Positions 40,139-53,831 are shown, numbered from the stretch's first letter. The stretch: 64,000 nucleotides of DNA from Chlorokybus atmophyticus (GCA_009103225.1 RHPI01003642.1:218451-282450), one strand, 5' to 3'. A program made the numbers and translations. Notes: generated from the letters alone by a model not told the origin.

Positions 40139-41572
40139 TCACATTTCGCCACATTCACTGATAAGACACGGGAATCGCGGTTTATTGTTGGGGCCTGTCT
40201 GCACGTTTTCTAGTTTCCTTACCACTAGCAAGCCGTCGCCCAGGACCCTCTGCGGAGAATAATAATGATAAACAAAACAGCACACAGCACCCAGTTAACA
40301 GGAGAATGAGAGCAGTACCAAGGCAACATGCACGAGACGCCCCAAAAGCCACGCTCACCCCAAAGATCACATGCTTGTTGTCTAGCCACTCTGTCTTAGC
40401 GCATGTTAGGAAGAACTGCACACAAGGGGATGCAGGACACAGTTAGCGTCAAGCAGCAAAGCACGACACAATCGCTGCAACAAACGAACAAATTGTGTAG
40501 CCACATGTGTGAGTGTGATGGAGCTGCACTGACCTGGCAGCCGTTTGTATTTGGCCCGCTATTGGCCTGCACAAGCATATGCAGTTAAGATGATGACGTT
40601 ACGATATGTGAGCAGACCTATCGCCACAATCAAATGCAAACTGATGCAGCATCGCGTGGACACATTGACATGCTAAAAGCGCACCATGGACAGAAGTCCT
40701 GGCCCCGTGTGCTTCCCTATAAAGTTCTCATCATCAAACCTGCTCCCGTATATGCTCACAGCACCCGTGCCATCACCCTGAAAAGGGGTGAAAGACATGT
40801 CTAAACACAAGTCACCTCTTGGGTTATGCATGTCAACTGTACAGCACAACCTTACCTTGAGGAAATCGCCTCCTTGAATCATGAAGTCCTTGATCACGCG
40901 GTGGAACTGGCAGTTCTTGTACCCCATGGGCACGCCTGCTTTCCTGCACAAGCACAGCGCACACGCGATCACATTATGCTATGCTGATGTAAGAAGTGTG
41001 TGCTTGCGAATACTTCAACGCTAAAGAGACAAGCACACTTGCAGGGCAAAAATGGGCGTTGCTCACTTGAACTCGCCGGTGCACATTTGCCTGCAGCACA
41101 CGATTTGCTTCAGGTTACAACTTTCGAGTCTCTTTACCATGGCTGGTTTTACGAGTCACAAGCAGCAAGCGGAGCACGTCATCCATACGCTGCAACATTT
41201 GCAAGTTCACGCAGTTGACGACTGCGCATTCACACTGGCAGAGCGCCACACAATGCACACGCATGCTGCAAACACACACTTGCTCCTGCAAACTGCACAT
41301 GCCACTAATCAGTGCTACTTGATCAAGTAAGCGATTACTCACATGCACATGAAAGGAAGTGCAAGGAGTAATCACCCCATCCCTGACCTGAAGTTCTCGG
41401 CTGTTTTGGGCACAATATCCGCGAACAGCTCCACCTTGATCCGGCCGGCGGGCGTCCCCCCGATGGCCACGTCGAAGAAGACGACGGGGTTCTTGGGGTT
41501 GGGCGCCCGAGCGTGCCACTGGACGCCGTCATGGGAGGTCGGGCCGCCGCCGGACGCCATGCCCGCCGACAT
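40139..41572 (-). CDS. PPIH: Spliceosomal cyclophilin H (U4/U6-20K type PPIase)
   Basis: [90 protein letters not shown]. Confidence 0.93.
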
Positions 41573-41643
41573 CGCCGCCGACGCCGCCGACGCACACCTA
41601 CAAATGGTAGGCTTCAATGCTTGCGCAGAATGAATAGAAGCAA

Positions 41644-41645
<2 letters not shown>

Positions 41646-41682
<37 letters not shown>
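41646..41682. repeat. (CT)n microsatellite
   Basis: Direct reading; lies just upstream of the PPIH start. Confidence 0.95.
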
Positions 41683-41687
<5 letters not shown>

Positions 41688-42654
41688 GCACCTTACTAGT
41701 GCAGTGCCAGACAGGGTGTTTAGGTACTAAGTTACATCCCATGCAGGGCCAAGCCATTGTGCATAGCCACATTGTGCTTAAGCCACCGTGCACGAGTTCC
41801 CTCCAGGCTGGTGCATTCATATTATTAAACCCAAGAAGGAAGAGGGTTGCAGTTGACTAACCCCCAAGTAGCTGGTTTGACACTTCCCAGCCTAGCTAAC
41901 GTTCATTCACTGCAAGTGTAGTTTGGCAAGGCGTAGTGTTGTGTACAAGAACCTGTGTACACAAGATAGTATGCAGATATATAGATTAGTAGCATGGTGT
42001 CAGGCACATGCAGTCTCATGCCAACACTTCATACCACTATTTTTAACTACACCTAACACGCTCCTTGCCTACCCCGTTAGCCACACCAGCACGCATGTTG
42101 TCAGTCAATTACACAATGATGGCACGTGGTGCCGAGTGTTTAAAGAAATGCGATGCAACGTGTGTACTCTCCCTTGATTTTGGGTATATGCCATCGGTTT
42201 TGCGTATCACATTGCACGCATGAAACATTCATGTATGTTGCATGCACTCTGTGCCGTGCCGTCATGTAGTGTGGGATGCTGTAGCTAGTTGTTATGATAG
42301 ATATGCGTGGCGGGAGGACGGTCGCGCAATGGTGTGGTAGCGAGCACGTGACGTTGTACATAGCATGTGGAATACCATCGTGCGTGCAGAATTCTGAAGG
42401 TTTCGCACATGCAGCAATAGCATGCAACATGACACAGCTGCCTGCACGTTGTTATCACCGCGTTGCATACTTTGTACACAGCATGCAACAATTGTGCCTC
42501 CGTGTTCTTTGATACATGCAATTTTGGTGAACTCTGTATACAACGACTTTCCGACTACTGTGTGGCCCAGTATATCATATATGTTCAAGACAAGAGGAGG
42601 AGAAGTTACTTTGCTGCATGCTTCCTCTTTCTCTCTTGCTTCCATTCCTCCCTT

Positions 42655-43945
42655 ACCTTAGCGAGCTGACCAGAGCGTGCGCGTTCACCGAGTGCGATGT
42701 GTTGATAGTGAAGCGAAGACGCGATGAGTAGGCCGAGCAGGCCCGCGAAGACGAGCACCCAGCCAACAAAGCCCGCACACGCGGAGAGCGGCAGTAGTGC
42801 TTGACACCCGTTGATACAAATTTGCACACGTCGATGAACAGGTACGAGGTCTGCGTGCACACATACACGTACGCATCAGTCAGTGTACAAAAGTCCAAAG
42901 CACTACTGTGTGCATGTGCGTGTGCGTGTGACCCTGGATTGGAAGAGTTGCTGTGACTTGCATGACAAACAGCAGATAGACACGTAAGAGAGTGCTGTTG
43001 TGCTGTGTGTGACCTGGAACATGTAGAGCCAGGCAACGCTCTTGAAGAAGATTTGGATGGCGAGGGACCATGCCACGTATGGGGAAGCAGGTGATTGTAA
43101 GCAGCACCCAGAAAGCCACGCTCAGCTGTTCATACAGCAGTTATGAGAGGTACATGCAGGTTGGCAAGAAGGGGTCTCTGATCCATGCACCCACATTCTA
43201 CTACTAATACTGACCTGAATGACCCATCTGTCCCAGGGCCTGCGGTTCTGGCCGCCCTGCCCGCGTGTTGCGTGCACGTCGATCCAGCCCAGGTAAACCA
43301 CTCCAGCTGCAAACCAACCAACGTCACGGGTGGGTACTCATGTAGAAACACCTGGCAGATCAAATGCTACAAATGTTACAAAACAGGTTTTCGGGCGCGG
43401 GCAACCACACATGCCAAGCCAAGATGCGCGAGGTTCAATGCGGGATAAGCATTCTGCAAGCATGCATGTGCGCTTGCATGCTGACAGCTTTGTCGCTCTA
43501 AACGTGTACATGTATAAGTATGTGCACATGCGCGTTTTCATCCATGAAAGCACTGCAACATGTTGATGCGTGCACCTGGACGGTGGTGGTGGCGACGATG
43601 GGGGATTGGATGAAGACGCGTGTGACACACAGCTAGCCAAAACCCCTCCCTGCCCTCCCTCCAACCTGAGGCATGCATGGCCATGCATGCTTGCAGGCAA
43701 TATGCAGGGTGTCGAACAAATGCAGTGGCCCACTGTAATGCATACATGCAGCCTTCATGCATGCGCAAACTCCAACTGCAACGCGCGCATGCATGCATTG
43801 CTGTCGTTTGGCCGGTGGTCGGGTCAGTATAGGGCTTGTGGCCAAATCAGGGCTATGTATGTGATCTTAAGACCACAGTACAACGTTGACTCACAGCCAC
43901 ACCAGTCAGCAGCGACAATAAGCAGAGCAGTCGAAGAGCTAAGCC
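42655..43945 (-). pseudogene. Multi-TM protein gene with two apparent frameshifts
   Basis: Exons give GVVYLGWIDV..RRPWDRWVIQ|LSVAFWVLLTITCFP(frameshift)YVAWSLAIQIFFKSVAWLYMFQ|TSYLFIDVCKFV..(frameshift)CAGFVGWVLVFAGLLGLLIASSLHYQHI. Confidence 0.4.
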
Positions 43946-44182
43946 TATGCTGAATGCAAAGCACTGCAGCCTTACCACTCACAGCTGCGGCGGTGGCGGA
44001 GAAGAAGCCCCCTTTTTCTGTGCCGGAGCAAGGGCCTGCTCTCCCACCCTCCCACCCTCAAGCGTAGACTCACCACACGTGTATGTAAGGGCCAACCAAC
44101 GTGACCAATGCAAGAAGGGAAAAGGGGCAAGGTCGACCAGCATGCGAGCATCGCTTCAGTTCCACACCTCAGGCTGTTTTCC

Positions 44183-44647
<465 letters not shown>

Positions 44648-45183
44648 TTGCTGACAGCCGTCAAGGTGATGGTCATGATATCTCCTGACTGAGCCCTGTC
44701 AATGCAATACACGGCATGGTGTGATGCGTAGTGTACCAGCGCGCTTTGTGCACGCGTCAGCACTGAGCGGCTTGGAGGCAAACAAGCCATGACTGACGGT
44801 CACTTCACCTAACAGCACAGGCCAATGGAGAAGTGACCACCTAAATCAGCGCATAAAAACACACTAGAGTCTTACATATTGATGTGTTGTGTGTGGCACT
44901 TGGAAGCCATGTGCGCTCAGCATGAATAAGTTGCACTAAAAGCTGTGACTGCGAACTGCACATTCCATCTCGCAATGCCTTTGTACTAATGCTGTACGAT
45001 GACGACAAGCTAACCGTCGCGTTCTCTTAGCTATACACTGGCTGCACGTCAACAACATGCAGGCATCGTATGATTAAAATGACAGCACAGTACCATTGAC
45101 ACTTGTCGTGGGAAACAAACAGACAGCAGGGTACCATGAGCTGAGCAGACCTCACCCAACTGTGTAGTTACTAGCACCAGAAT

Positions 45184-47168
45184 TCAGCAGTTGTACGGCA
45201 ACACATACTCTACTCTCCTGCGTATAACCTTCGATGTCAACTCATGCTGTATTCGTGTCTGGAGGTAATGCTTCACTGCGTGGTCAAAGTCATCATGAGA
45301 CTTCAGCCACTCTTTGCTGAAGGATGGCACCTGCCACACAGCAACAACAAATGAGTTGCAGTGCAGCAAAGCAAAGTACACTCAAACTATGATAAACTGC
45401 TCATGACAAGTTGCACGAACACGCATATGGTGTAACGGTCACCTCCATTGTGAGCAGTACAAGCGCATTCCACGCTGGGATTGATTTCCCCATGTGCGCG
45501 TATGAGCCTGTTTCACTCAGGGCAGGCACCAGTGCGTTAAGCTGCGCACAACACACATCCCATTGAGCACATTGAATCATGAACCCGTCTTGCATCGTGC
45601 AGCTGCTTACCACATCTGCTTGGATGCTGTCCAACGCCTCGACCACAATCACGCCATCCGGACACTTGTCCAAGAACTCTGCAAGGCGCAGCTGCAATTG
45701 CCCGCGTGACTCTTGTGAAGACACCGAACTGTTGGAGTAGTCGCCGCCGATTATGTGAAGCAAGCACCTTGTACTCACGCATTGGGAGAAGACAGCACTC
45801 ACTGCCTGCAACCATGTTGTCTCTTCAGGCCTGCAAGCGAACACACAAGTGCAGTTGTAAGGTACAACGTGCAACTCACTTGTGCAGCTTTTTGGCTGTT
45901 GCCCTGCGTTCGGCCTGCCAGCAGTGCAACCAGTGCTTTTGTGGGTTGAGCGCGTGCACGCAATGCTTGCTTGTCCCCAGCTTTGGCGCGCACATCATCT
46001 ATAAAGACTGCAGACCTGCAACCAGTATGACTGTTGTGCATAAGTCGTCACCACACATTGCTGCCCCTCTTTCTCCCTCCCCACAATACACTCACCCTCA
46101 CGCACATTTCCAGCCATTCCTCTGTTTGTGGTAGGAAGCTGCTGAGTTCTGCTGCGCTCACGCTTCCATAACATGGTCGCTGCCTGGATCCGCTCTTGTC
46201 TTGTGACAAGAGGGAAACCTGTCCGATCTACGCCAACAATGAACAATGTGTCGGCGGTGCGGTTGTGCAGCACAAATCAACATTGGCACACATACCCTCC
46301 AGTTTGGCACTCGTCCTTGGTTCAGGTACAGCATGGCGGCCACGAACAGTATAAGCAGTGGCAACAGGTAGCTGGCAACTGGGACGCTGCTGCCGCTCGC
46401 AGGGTTTGGCACTTCGCCCACGCTTGTGACTTGCGTCACCTCGACTCTGCTTGTCTGAATTACTCTGCGCTTGACCGTAGCATCTGCTGTCCCCTCAACG
46501 GTCGTCGCTGTTGTCACAGTAGTCGGCTTGGCAACCTGCATCGCGCTTGCGGCTTGTCAACATGATGAACTACACTAGCTGCCTGAACCATCAACTGGAT
46601 GAGTCAACTAGAAAGTGTTACTACAGCATGCACGAGCAGTCTTATACGAGTACGACACAGCTTGACATGGCACCCAACACCAGTGCCAAACCTATGCTGT
46701 GAGTGTGCTGATAAATAGCTGTCACACAACTGCTGTGTGCGACTGCTGCTCATATAGCATGTCACTCCCAAGGATGCTGATAGCGCATGCCTTGACAATT
46801 TCACAATCTCTCACAGGCTTAACCGACGGGGGCTGCACGTGTTGATGGTATTCCTCCTCTTCCTCCTCCTCCTCGGCCGACTGCACCTGAGTGGCTGCTA
46901 GCACGACACGACCGACAGAGACACTGTGCTGGTCTTCATCGCTGTCTATAACGTACTCGGAGCTGCGCCCTGTGCCAGCAGGGCTGTCTTCACCACCACC
47001 ACCACCACCACCACCATCACCACTACCAGCAACAGCCGTGTCCAGCACGTGCTGCTGCTGGACCCTGGACCCAGCAGTTGCCTGCCGCCGTCTCCTAGAG
47101 GATGGCGTCGCCGAGGGCGGAGCCGGAGACTCCTTCAGCTCCCTGCCTGACCTCGTTGACACCGGCAT
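45184..47168 (-). CDS. LAP1/LULL1 (TOR1AIP)-like single-pass protein with degenerate AAA+ domain
   Basis: Disordered basic/acidic N-terminus (SRRRRQ, poly-E); one TM (YLLPLLILFVAAMLYL); then an AAA+-like domain with no GK(S/T) P-loop (LVALLAGRTQGNSQK), degenerate Walker B (VIVVEALD), NALVLLTME, and C-terminal IRRRVEYVLPY. Confidence 0.6.
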
Positions 47169-47350
47169 GGCCGCAAACCACCTGACTCAGCTAGCAGCAG
47201 CCGGACACCGATGCGCGCAGCTACACCGCCGCCCAGGTGAAGTAACTGCAGTCTGCACGAGTTGTTAACGTCGCTTTAACTGAGTGGCTTAGCCAAGCAG
47301 CGTTAACTGAGGCACAGCTTGGCGGGAAAACTTTGACGGCGGCGGCGGGG

Positions 47351-47773
47351 ATGCGTGCTGGGTTGGTAGGCTTGGCTGCGGGTGGTTTGCTTGCTACATT
47401 GTGGAGCACACTTGACTTGGGGGAGCTCCTGCCGAAGTCTGCCATCCCAGAAGGCGACTGGCTGAAGCATCCGCAACCCTGGTCTTTTGGCCAGCCGGCG
47501 GGGGTCTTCCTGTGGAACGCCCTGACCGTGGTGGTCGTCGTGCTTGGGCTCCGTGCCGCCTACGACCTACTCACCAAACCTGTGCCAGCTGCGCCTCCTG
47601 TAGAGACCCGCCGCCAGCAGGATCAGGTGCGAGTGTTCGCAGCATAGCGTAGCGTGTTGGCCAGATATCGTCTTTGCATGAATGGCTGTGGCATTGAGCA
47701 CTTTATTCAACAGGGATGGAAGCAGTACAGGCAGAAGCGGCCGAAGCAGTCAAAGGCACGAGCTTCTCGCTGA
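47351..47773 (+). CDS. Small (about 111 aa) membrane protein upstream of and overlapping the UBE2Q-like ORF
   Basis: Exon 47351-47626 has two hydrophobic segments; splicing to 47714 adds GWKQYRQKRPKQSKARASR* (stop 47771-47773). Confidence 0.5.
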
Positions 47774-49288
47774 TTGGGGTCAAAGACAAGCGGGTTGTCT
47801 TCTCATGCAGAGACGGCGGCGGCTTTTACGTGGATTGCATGGACCCGTCCTTCATCAATGTAGGCACGGATAGCCCAGGTGTGGCACTATAGCATGCCGT
47901 TTGTGACAACATACACACAAGTTGCGTTGTGTGACCAATAACAGTGTGATCTCTAGGCGCTCTGCCCAAGGACTGGCTGGAGGCCACCGCTGAAGTAGCA
48001 TTGGACTGCCAAGGCAATATCGGCCGCCTGCTTGCCAAAGCTGCTCGCTTGTACAGTAGAATGTCTGCCAAACAAGGTCGTTCCATGTCACTAGACAACG
48101 CACCGCAGCTTATGGAGGATGCAATGGACCACGAGCAGGTTGTCATGCAAGTGCCTTGGTACTGACGTGCAAGCGTTGCTTTGTGCTGATTGCGAAGGTT
48201 TGTTTGCCAGATGCGTCAACAGGCCACTCCATCCAGTAAGGCGCCATGTTTCTCAAATGACGTTCCTCTACCTTGCCGCACATCATCTGCGCTTGCTACG
48301 GCCACCTTGCAAAAGCAACTGGCACTTCTGGCAAAGATGGACACGCGCCGGGAAGGCTTCTTGGCAATGCCTTGTGACAGTGACCTGTACACCTGGTATG
48401 GCATTGTCTCCATGTAACAAGCAGTTTCTTGCGAGTGTCACGTGCAGGCTGCCAGCAGTTAAGTATTGTTTGCCTGCAGGGACATCCAGCTGTTTGGTTT
48501 CGACGCTTCAGAGCCGCTTGCAAAGGACTTGAAAGCAGCGAAGCGGCACTCTGTAGAGGTAAGCAGTTGGTACATCAAGCTTTAGTTGCGAGGGAGATGT
48601 TCCAGTAAGCTAATGTTGGATTCCTTCGCCATTAGATGCGCGCTGTCTTTTCTGCTGGCTATCCAAATGAACCGCCCTTTTGTCGCGTGCTCCGACCGAG
48701 GTTCAAACCACATACAGGACACGTTGCAAAAGGTATGCAGGTTTGTCCATGCCTGCAATGTTGTTGTCTGCCGCGAGGTTCGCATGCAACTCACAGCACA
48801 ACTGACTGCCTTATGCAGGTGGAGCGTTGTGCCTGGAGCTACTCACACCAAGCGGCTGGACACCGGCCAACTCGATAGACGCCATTTGCATTCAGGTACA
48901 GCTGTGCCACATGCTGTTGCATGATTTGGGGTGCTGCATGCGCAAATGGTTGCTTGGGTGGGTGCTGTGGGGAGTTCCTGTAGGTCGCAATCTGATGTGG
49001 TGTTGGTCTTAGATCCGTGCGGCTCTTGCGGATGGGCGCGCTCGCCTGGATTTGAGAAACACCAAGGAGTACGATGAGCAGCATGCATGGAGGGGCTACC
49101 AGGATCTGATGAAAGGACATCGATGGTACTTGTGCATACTTGCGCATATATTTCCTGGTACCCAAGTGCACTGTGCGTAGCATGGTAGAGTCTCTCTATG
49201 TGCATCTGTTAGTTAAGTCAACAACAATGTCGCAGGGAGTCCCCTGGCGAGTCTCCGGAGGAAGGGAGGTGCAAGAGGCGTCGCCTAA
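47716..49288 (+). CDS. UBE2Q-like ubiquitin-conjugating enzyme
   Basis: DLYTW, F...YPNEPPFCRVLRPRF, GHV..GGALCLELLTPSGWTPANSI (catalytic Cys), GRARLD, EYDEQHAW..HRW. The 5' model is ambiguous. Confidence 0.85.
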
Positions 49289-49459
49289 GCGGGACAGCAA
49301 TGTGTTTTGCTAAAAGATAGCCCAGTCAAATCAATAAATGCATCAATAGTGGTGAGGTCACAACTGTTGTCACAAATTATCTGTCCTCCAGTCCATGTGA
49401 CTTGTGGGGCTTTGTACAATTCAACGACCGGTTATTTACTTGGGGTTGGTTTAGAGAGC

Positions 49460-52400
49460 TTATTGCGTAACTATTTGAAGCTCCAGCCTGTGTGCTCGAT
49501 GTCTTCCTGTTGTTCTGCTGGATATGGAAGGTGCTGCGCTCATGCATCGCGCTGCCAGACGCTCTCTCTCACTCCTTGGGAGCAGCATGCTTGTGCTGGT
49601 TGGTCTTCGCGCGAGGGTTTGCATATCAGGTGGTGCCGATGCCGCCCGTGTTGACAGCGTAGTTTTTTGCCTGCACAATCAATCAGCATACATCAGTCAC
49701 AGGCTGGGTAAAGATTTTACATCACAGCAATAACTCGTGCATGTTGGTCGTGCAGTTAGTTGCAACTCACTTGGCTTGCTCTCTTCGCCAGTCCTTCTGG
49801 AGATACATGCGATAGCAGTCTTGGCAAATGGGTCGCTGCATTGGCAGTTGTGTTGACAAGGTGTATAGCTGGCTTCAACTGCTGCAATGCACTGCCAATG
49901 AGTCGTGCGTACCAGCTCGTAGACTAGTCGCCCAAGCTGGTCATGTGGCTGTTGCATCACCTGGGCAGTGATGAGCAGTAGTTGCAGCTGGCGCGAGACC
50001 AGCGAGAATTTACATCAGATGATGGTGTGCGTGACGTTACCGATGGTGGGCAGCGGTCTTGCGGGACATGACATGTTAGTTGGGCATTCCCACGCTTACC
50101 TTGCGCACTTGTATCGGCAGCTCTTGCTCATAGTTAAGGGAAGGCTGGCGTGACACCGCCATGGTTGCTGCCTCTGGGTATGATTTGCTCTGCAGCAACA
50201 ACTGCTTACTCAGCTTACGGCTTCACATAGTCATTATCAATTGTGCAACTCACTTGTGCGGTTGTAAGCGCATGCACTCGTTAGGGTGCATCGGTATCAC
50301 AGACTCATACTATCCTCAAAGCCATGCGGTGTCACTCACCCATTGCATTCGCGCGATGTCAACGGCATCTGTGGAAGTCAACTGCAGCAGGAAAAGGATG
50401 CTAAGCACAAAACGTTAACAACAAACACAGACCGCCAGCGCACCACCATGCATCATCAACCTACCTGCACCCTGGTCATGCCACTCTTAACAGCCTGCTC
50501 CATGAGCGTGTTGTCGCGCTCGTCAAACGCGTCAAGGCCGCCATTGGCATTCTTCACATACCTGCCCACAGATGCAAATTTACAACTGACGCAACTGCAC
50601 ATATGGTGCTTATGATGGTAGAGGCTGATTGCGTGCACGCACCATTGCCCTTTCTGCTGCTTGCGCTCCAAAGCATCCAACACTAGCGAGCGCATCGTGA
50701 TCACGTTGGCCGGCACGCCACATCCAGGCGCATGCGTGACTATCATCCCCACACAGATGTCAATCCAACGCATTATGCAGCACTCCGTCTAGGCCTTGAC
50801 AACCAATGCCGTATTGTCCCAAATGTGATGTGGACAAAGTGCAACCGTACTTGTCTTCTGCAGGCGTTGCCTTGTGACAAAGCGCTGCCGCTCCAACAGA
50901 GTCATCATACTGAAGTTCACCTCCGTTAACAAATCATCGTAGGCGCCACTCACATCCTGCATGAAAAGGGCTCACTATGGCTTCAGTCGACACTGAATGA
51001 CAACAACAACAACAACAACAACAACAACAGCAATGACCACAACAGCTAAGCACCTCTTTGGTCGAGTTACCCAACCGCACTCTGCAGTACTGTCCCCAAC
51101 ACCTCTTCCCCCTGTCCGTGAGGCTGTCACCTTCCCCTAATGCCTTTATGCGAGGAGCCAACATCGCCTTCTCACCCAACCTAAACCCCTTAACCTGGAT
51201 CAGAGATAACCACAGTAAGAACCTCATGTGTGTCTTCGTGCGTGCATGTGTCTCTGTGCACAACCACTTGCTTGTATGAAGTAGCAGCGTCCGTCTTCCC
51301 CACGCACAAAGTCCGCCACGAGTTCCGCGAAAACACGCCTCAAGTTGCGTGACGCATGCTGCGCGATCGCGGCTGTCGCCATGACCGCCTCTTTGGTCCA
51401 CGGCGCACTCGTCGCCTGGACACAATGCGGACACATCTCATGTCGTGTCGGGCAATTGCGGACGTTTAGTAACATCTCACTGCACTGTACCAGCATTATT
51501 GTGGTGGCATGAGGTGCTTCCGTGGTGGTCAAGTACGCGTGCGCGTTGTTGGCGCGGGGCGTGGGCCAGCTGGCGTTCATGTTGTTGATGGTGCTATGAA
51601 AGTTGGTGTTGGTGGTGGTGCTACTACTACCAGCTGGCATCGTGGCACGCCGCATGTCCAAACCCGGCACGGACTGCGAACCCTCCTTGCCTGTGATTGA
51701 GTGACATCAGATGCAACGCACATGCACACGCATGTTCTCTGTCTACACACACATACACACACACACATTGCTCTGACTGACATGCACGCCCCTTGCCTGA
51801 GCGCTTGCGTGTCAGGATGCGTTGCGTTGGTGAGGCAGGCGGTGACAACCTAGCGTTACCCCCTATCGACGTCGTGTCGATGAAGTTGCTCTGCGTTCGC
51901 GTGTTGGCGCCGCCGAAGAGGAGTGAAGCGTTGTGCTGGGCCACATTGGAGATGAGAAATACCTGGATGTGCGTGTGTGACTATGTGTACACGGGCTCGT
52001 GTGTGTCGCATGCGCACGTACGCATGCACGTGTGTGTGCAGTTACGTGTTTGTGTGTGTGCCACATGCATGTTTGTAAGTGTGGGCGAAGAGAGTGTGCA
52101 CAAGGAGATGGTGGTTTGAGTTTGAGAGGCGTGTGATGTACCTGTGGTGGTGTTCTGGAGTTTGCCTGCCACCGCACCCGCACGATGGCCGCGCGCGCTC
52201 CCCTCCCCCGCACGTACGCCTGCCCCATGCACCGCGCATGCGGAGGCGCATCCAACCACCGCTTCGCCTCCTCCACACTGCACAACACAAAGGGTGTTCA
52301 CGCAATGTCAAACTCACACGCATCTCCACAACTCAACAACAACAACAACACTCACGTCTTAAGCACAGCGATCTCATTCTTGTTGCCACCCGCAGGGTGC

Positions 52401-52710
52401 GGCCACTTGGCCACAGCAAACGGCTGCGGTAGCAGCTGCACTTGCACTTGTCCTCCTTGTTGCTGCTGCTGTTGTTGTTGTTGTTGTTGTTGCGCACGCG
52501 GGCTCGCGGGTGTCACATGTTCACAGTTGTTGGACTCGGCACGTCGTGCTGCTTGCGTCGGTCTCGCGCTGAGTGGCGGCGACGATCCCGGGGTTATAGT
52601 TAGAGGGGAGAAGGCGAAGGAAGAAGAGGAGGAGGAGGTGAGGTCGCGGACGGCCTCGTGGACGACGACGTGACCGCCGGGACTGGTGCTGTAGCGCTGG
52701 GAGGGAGAGA

Positions 52711-52741
<31 letters not shown>

Positions 52742-53831
52742 AGCGTGTGAGTGCACGTGTGTGTTCATGCGCGCGTATGTATATGTGGATGCATGTGCTC
52801 ACACGCACACACGCATGTTGGCACGCTACTTACACACACATTACTGTCCTCACCTGAACATCAAACCCGTCTATGACCACTGTTGGCGGCATCAGCAGCC
52901 TTAGCCGGCGCTGCGGTGAAGAGTTATTGTTGTTGCTCGTCGCGGTTGCGGCGTATGGACCCAGCAGTCGGAACACGTCCAGCGGGTGCGCTGGCGACGA
53001 GAAGCTGGTTTCCGTCCCGCCTCCTTCGCGTGACGTGGAAGGGGGGGAGACGGGAGAGCAGGAGAAGGACACACGCGCCACGTCGTCGTAGTAACTGCCG
53101 GACATGTGTGTTGGCGCGTGGACGTGTATGTGTGGGCATGTGCGTGTATCTGTGTGTGAGGTCGCGCGTACGCCAGCGCACGCGCGCGGGTGTGTATGTG
53201 TGCCATTGATCAAGTGACATCTGATGCGCACCGTTTGAGCGCGTACTGCTTTGCAGGGATGGCCGGGTGGCCTTTTTCAAGCGTCCAGACGTCAAGGCGC
53301 CCCGTGTGCAGTTGGTTATTGTTGGTGTTGGTGTTGGTGGTGTTGGTGTTGGTGGTATTATTGTGGTTGCTGTTGCGGGACTCCGCTCGCAAGGCCATGG
53401 GCCCCGGCGTATGCGAGCGCTTGGCCAGCGGGGAAGCGGGACGGCTGTGTGAGTCAGCCATGGTGGCGTCACCATCAACGATAATGTGGTGGTTGTTGTC
53501 GTCGATGTCATCATCATAGTTGTCGCTGCTGGTGTCGTCGTCTGTTGCGTCTGAATCCGGTGGCGGCGGGGGCGATGCCGCCGCTGCTGCGCTCTTTTTC
53601 CTGCGCTGCGCCGATTGGTTGCGTAACCGATGCGCCGTGCGACGCCATTGCCTTGCTACAAACAAGAAAAGAAGGGGTGAACTGGTTGCAACAAGCTTGG
53701 TAAGTTTATTGATAAATTCAAAGCGGCTGATAACGTGATGTCATGGTGGATGCATTACAAGCGTGGATCCACTCTCACTCACGTGATTCGCGCTGCAGTG
53801 GCGATGGCGTTGTTGACCTATCACTCCCCAT
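49460..53831 (-). CDS. Large orphan protein, low-complexity, with an ATP-grasp-like segment and a C-terminal CxxC motif
   Basis: Many spliceable exons; RCMGQAYVRGRGARAAIVRVRW; VFAELVADFVRGEDGRCYFIQ|VKGF; RPICQDCYRMY. Confidence 0.6.

Noticed and set aside
40588-40650. C/D-box-like ATGATGA...CTGA
   Set aside because: It lies antisense to the host intron, and no terminal stem or guide target is evident.
45845-45875. Intronic VVPYNC echoing the C-terminal VLPYNC of the LAP1-like gene
   Set aside because: The nucleotide match is too short to distinguish from chance.
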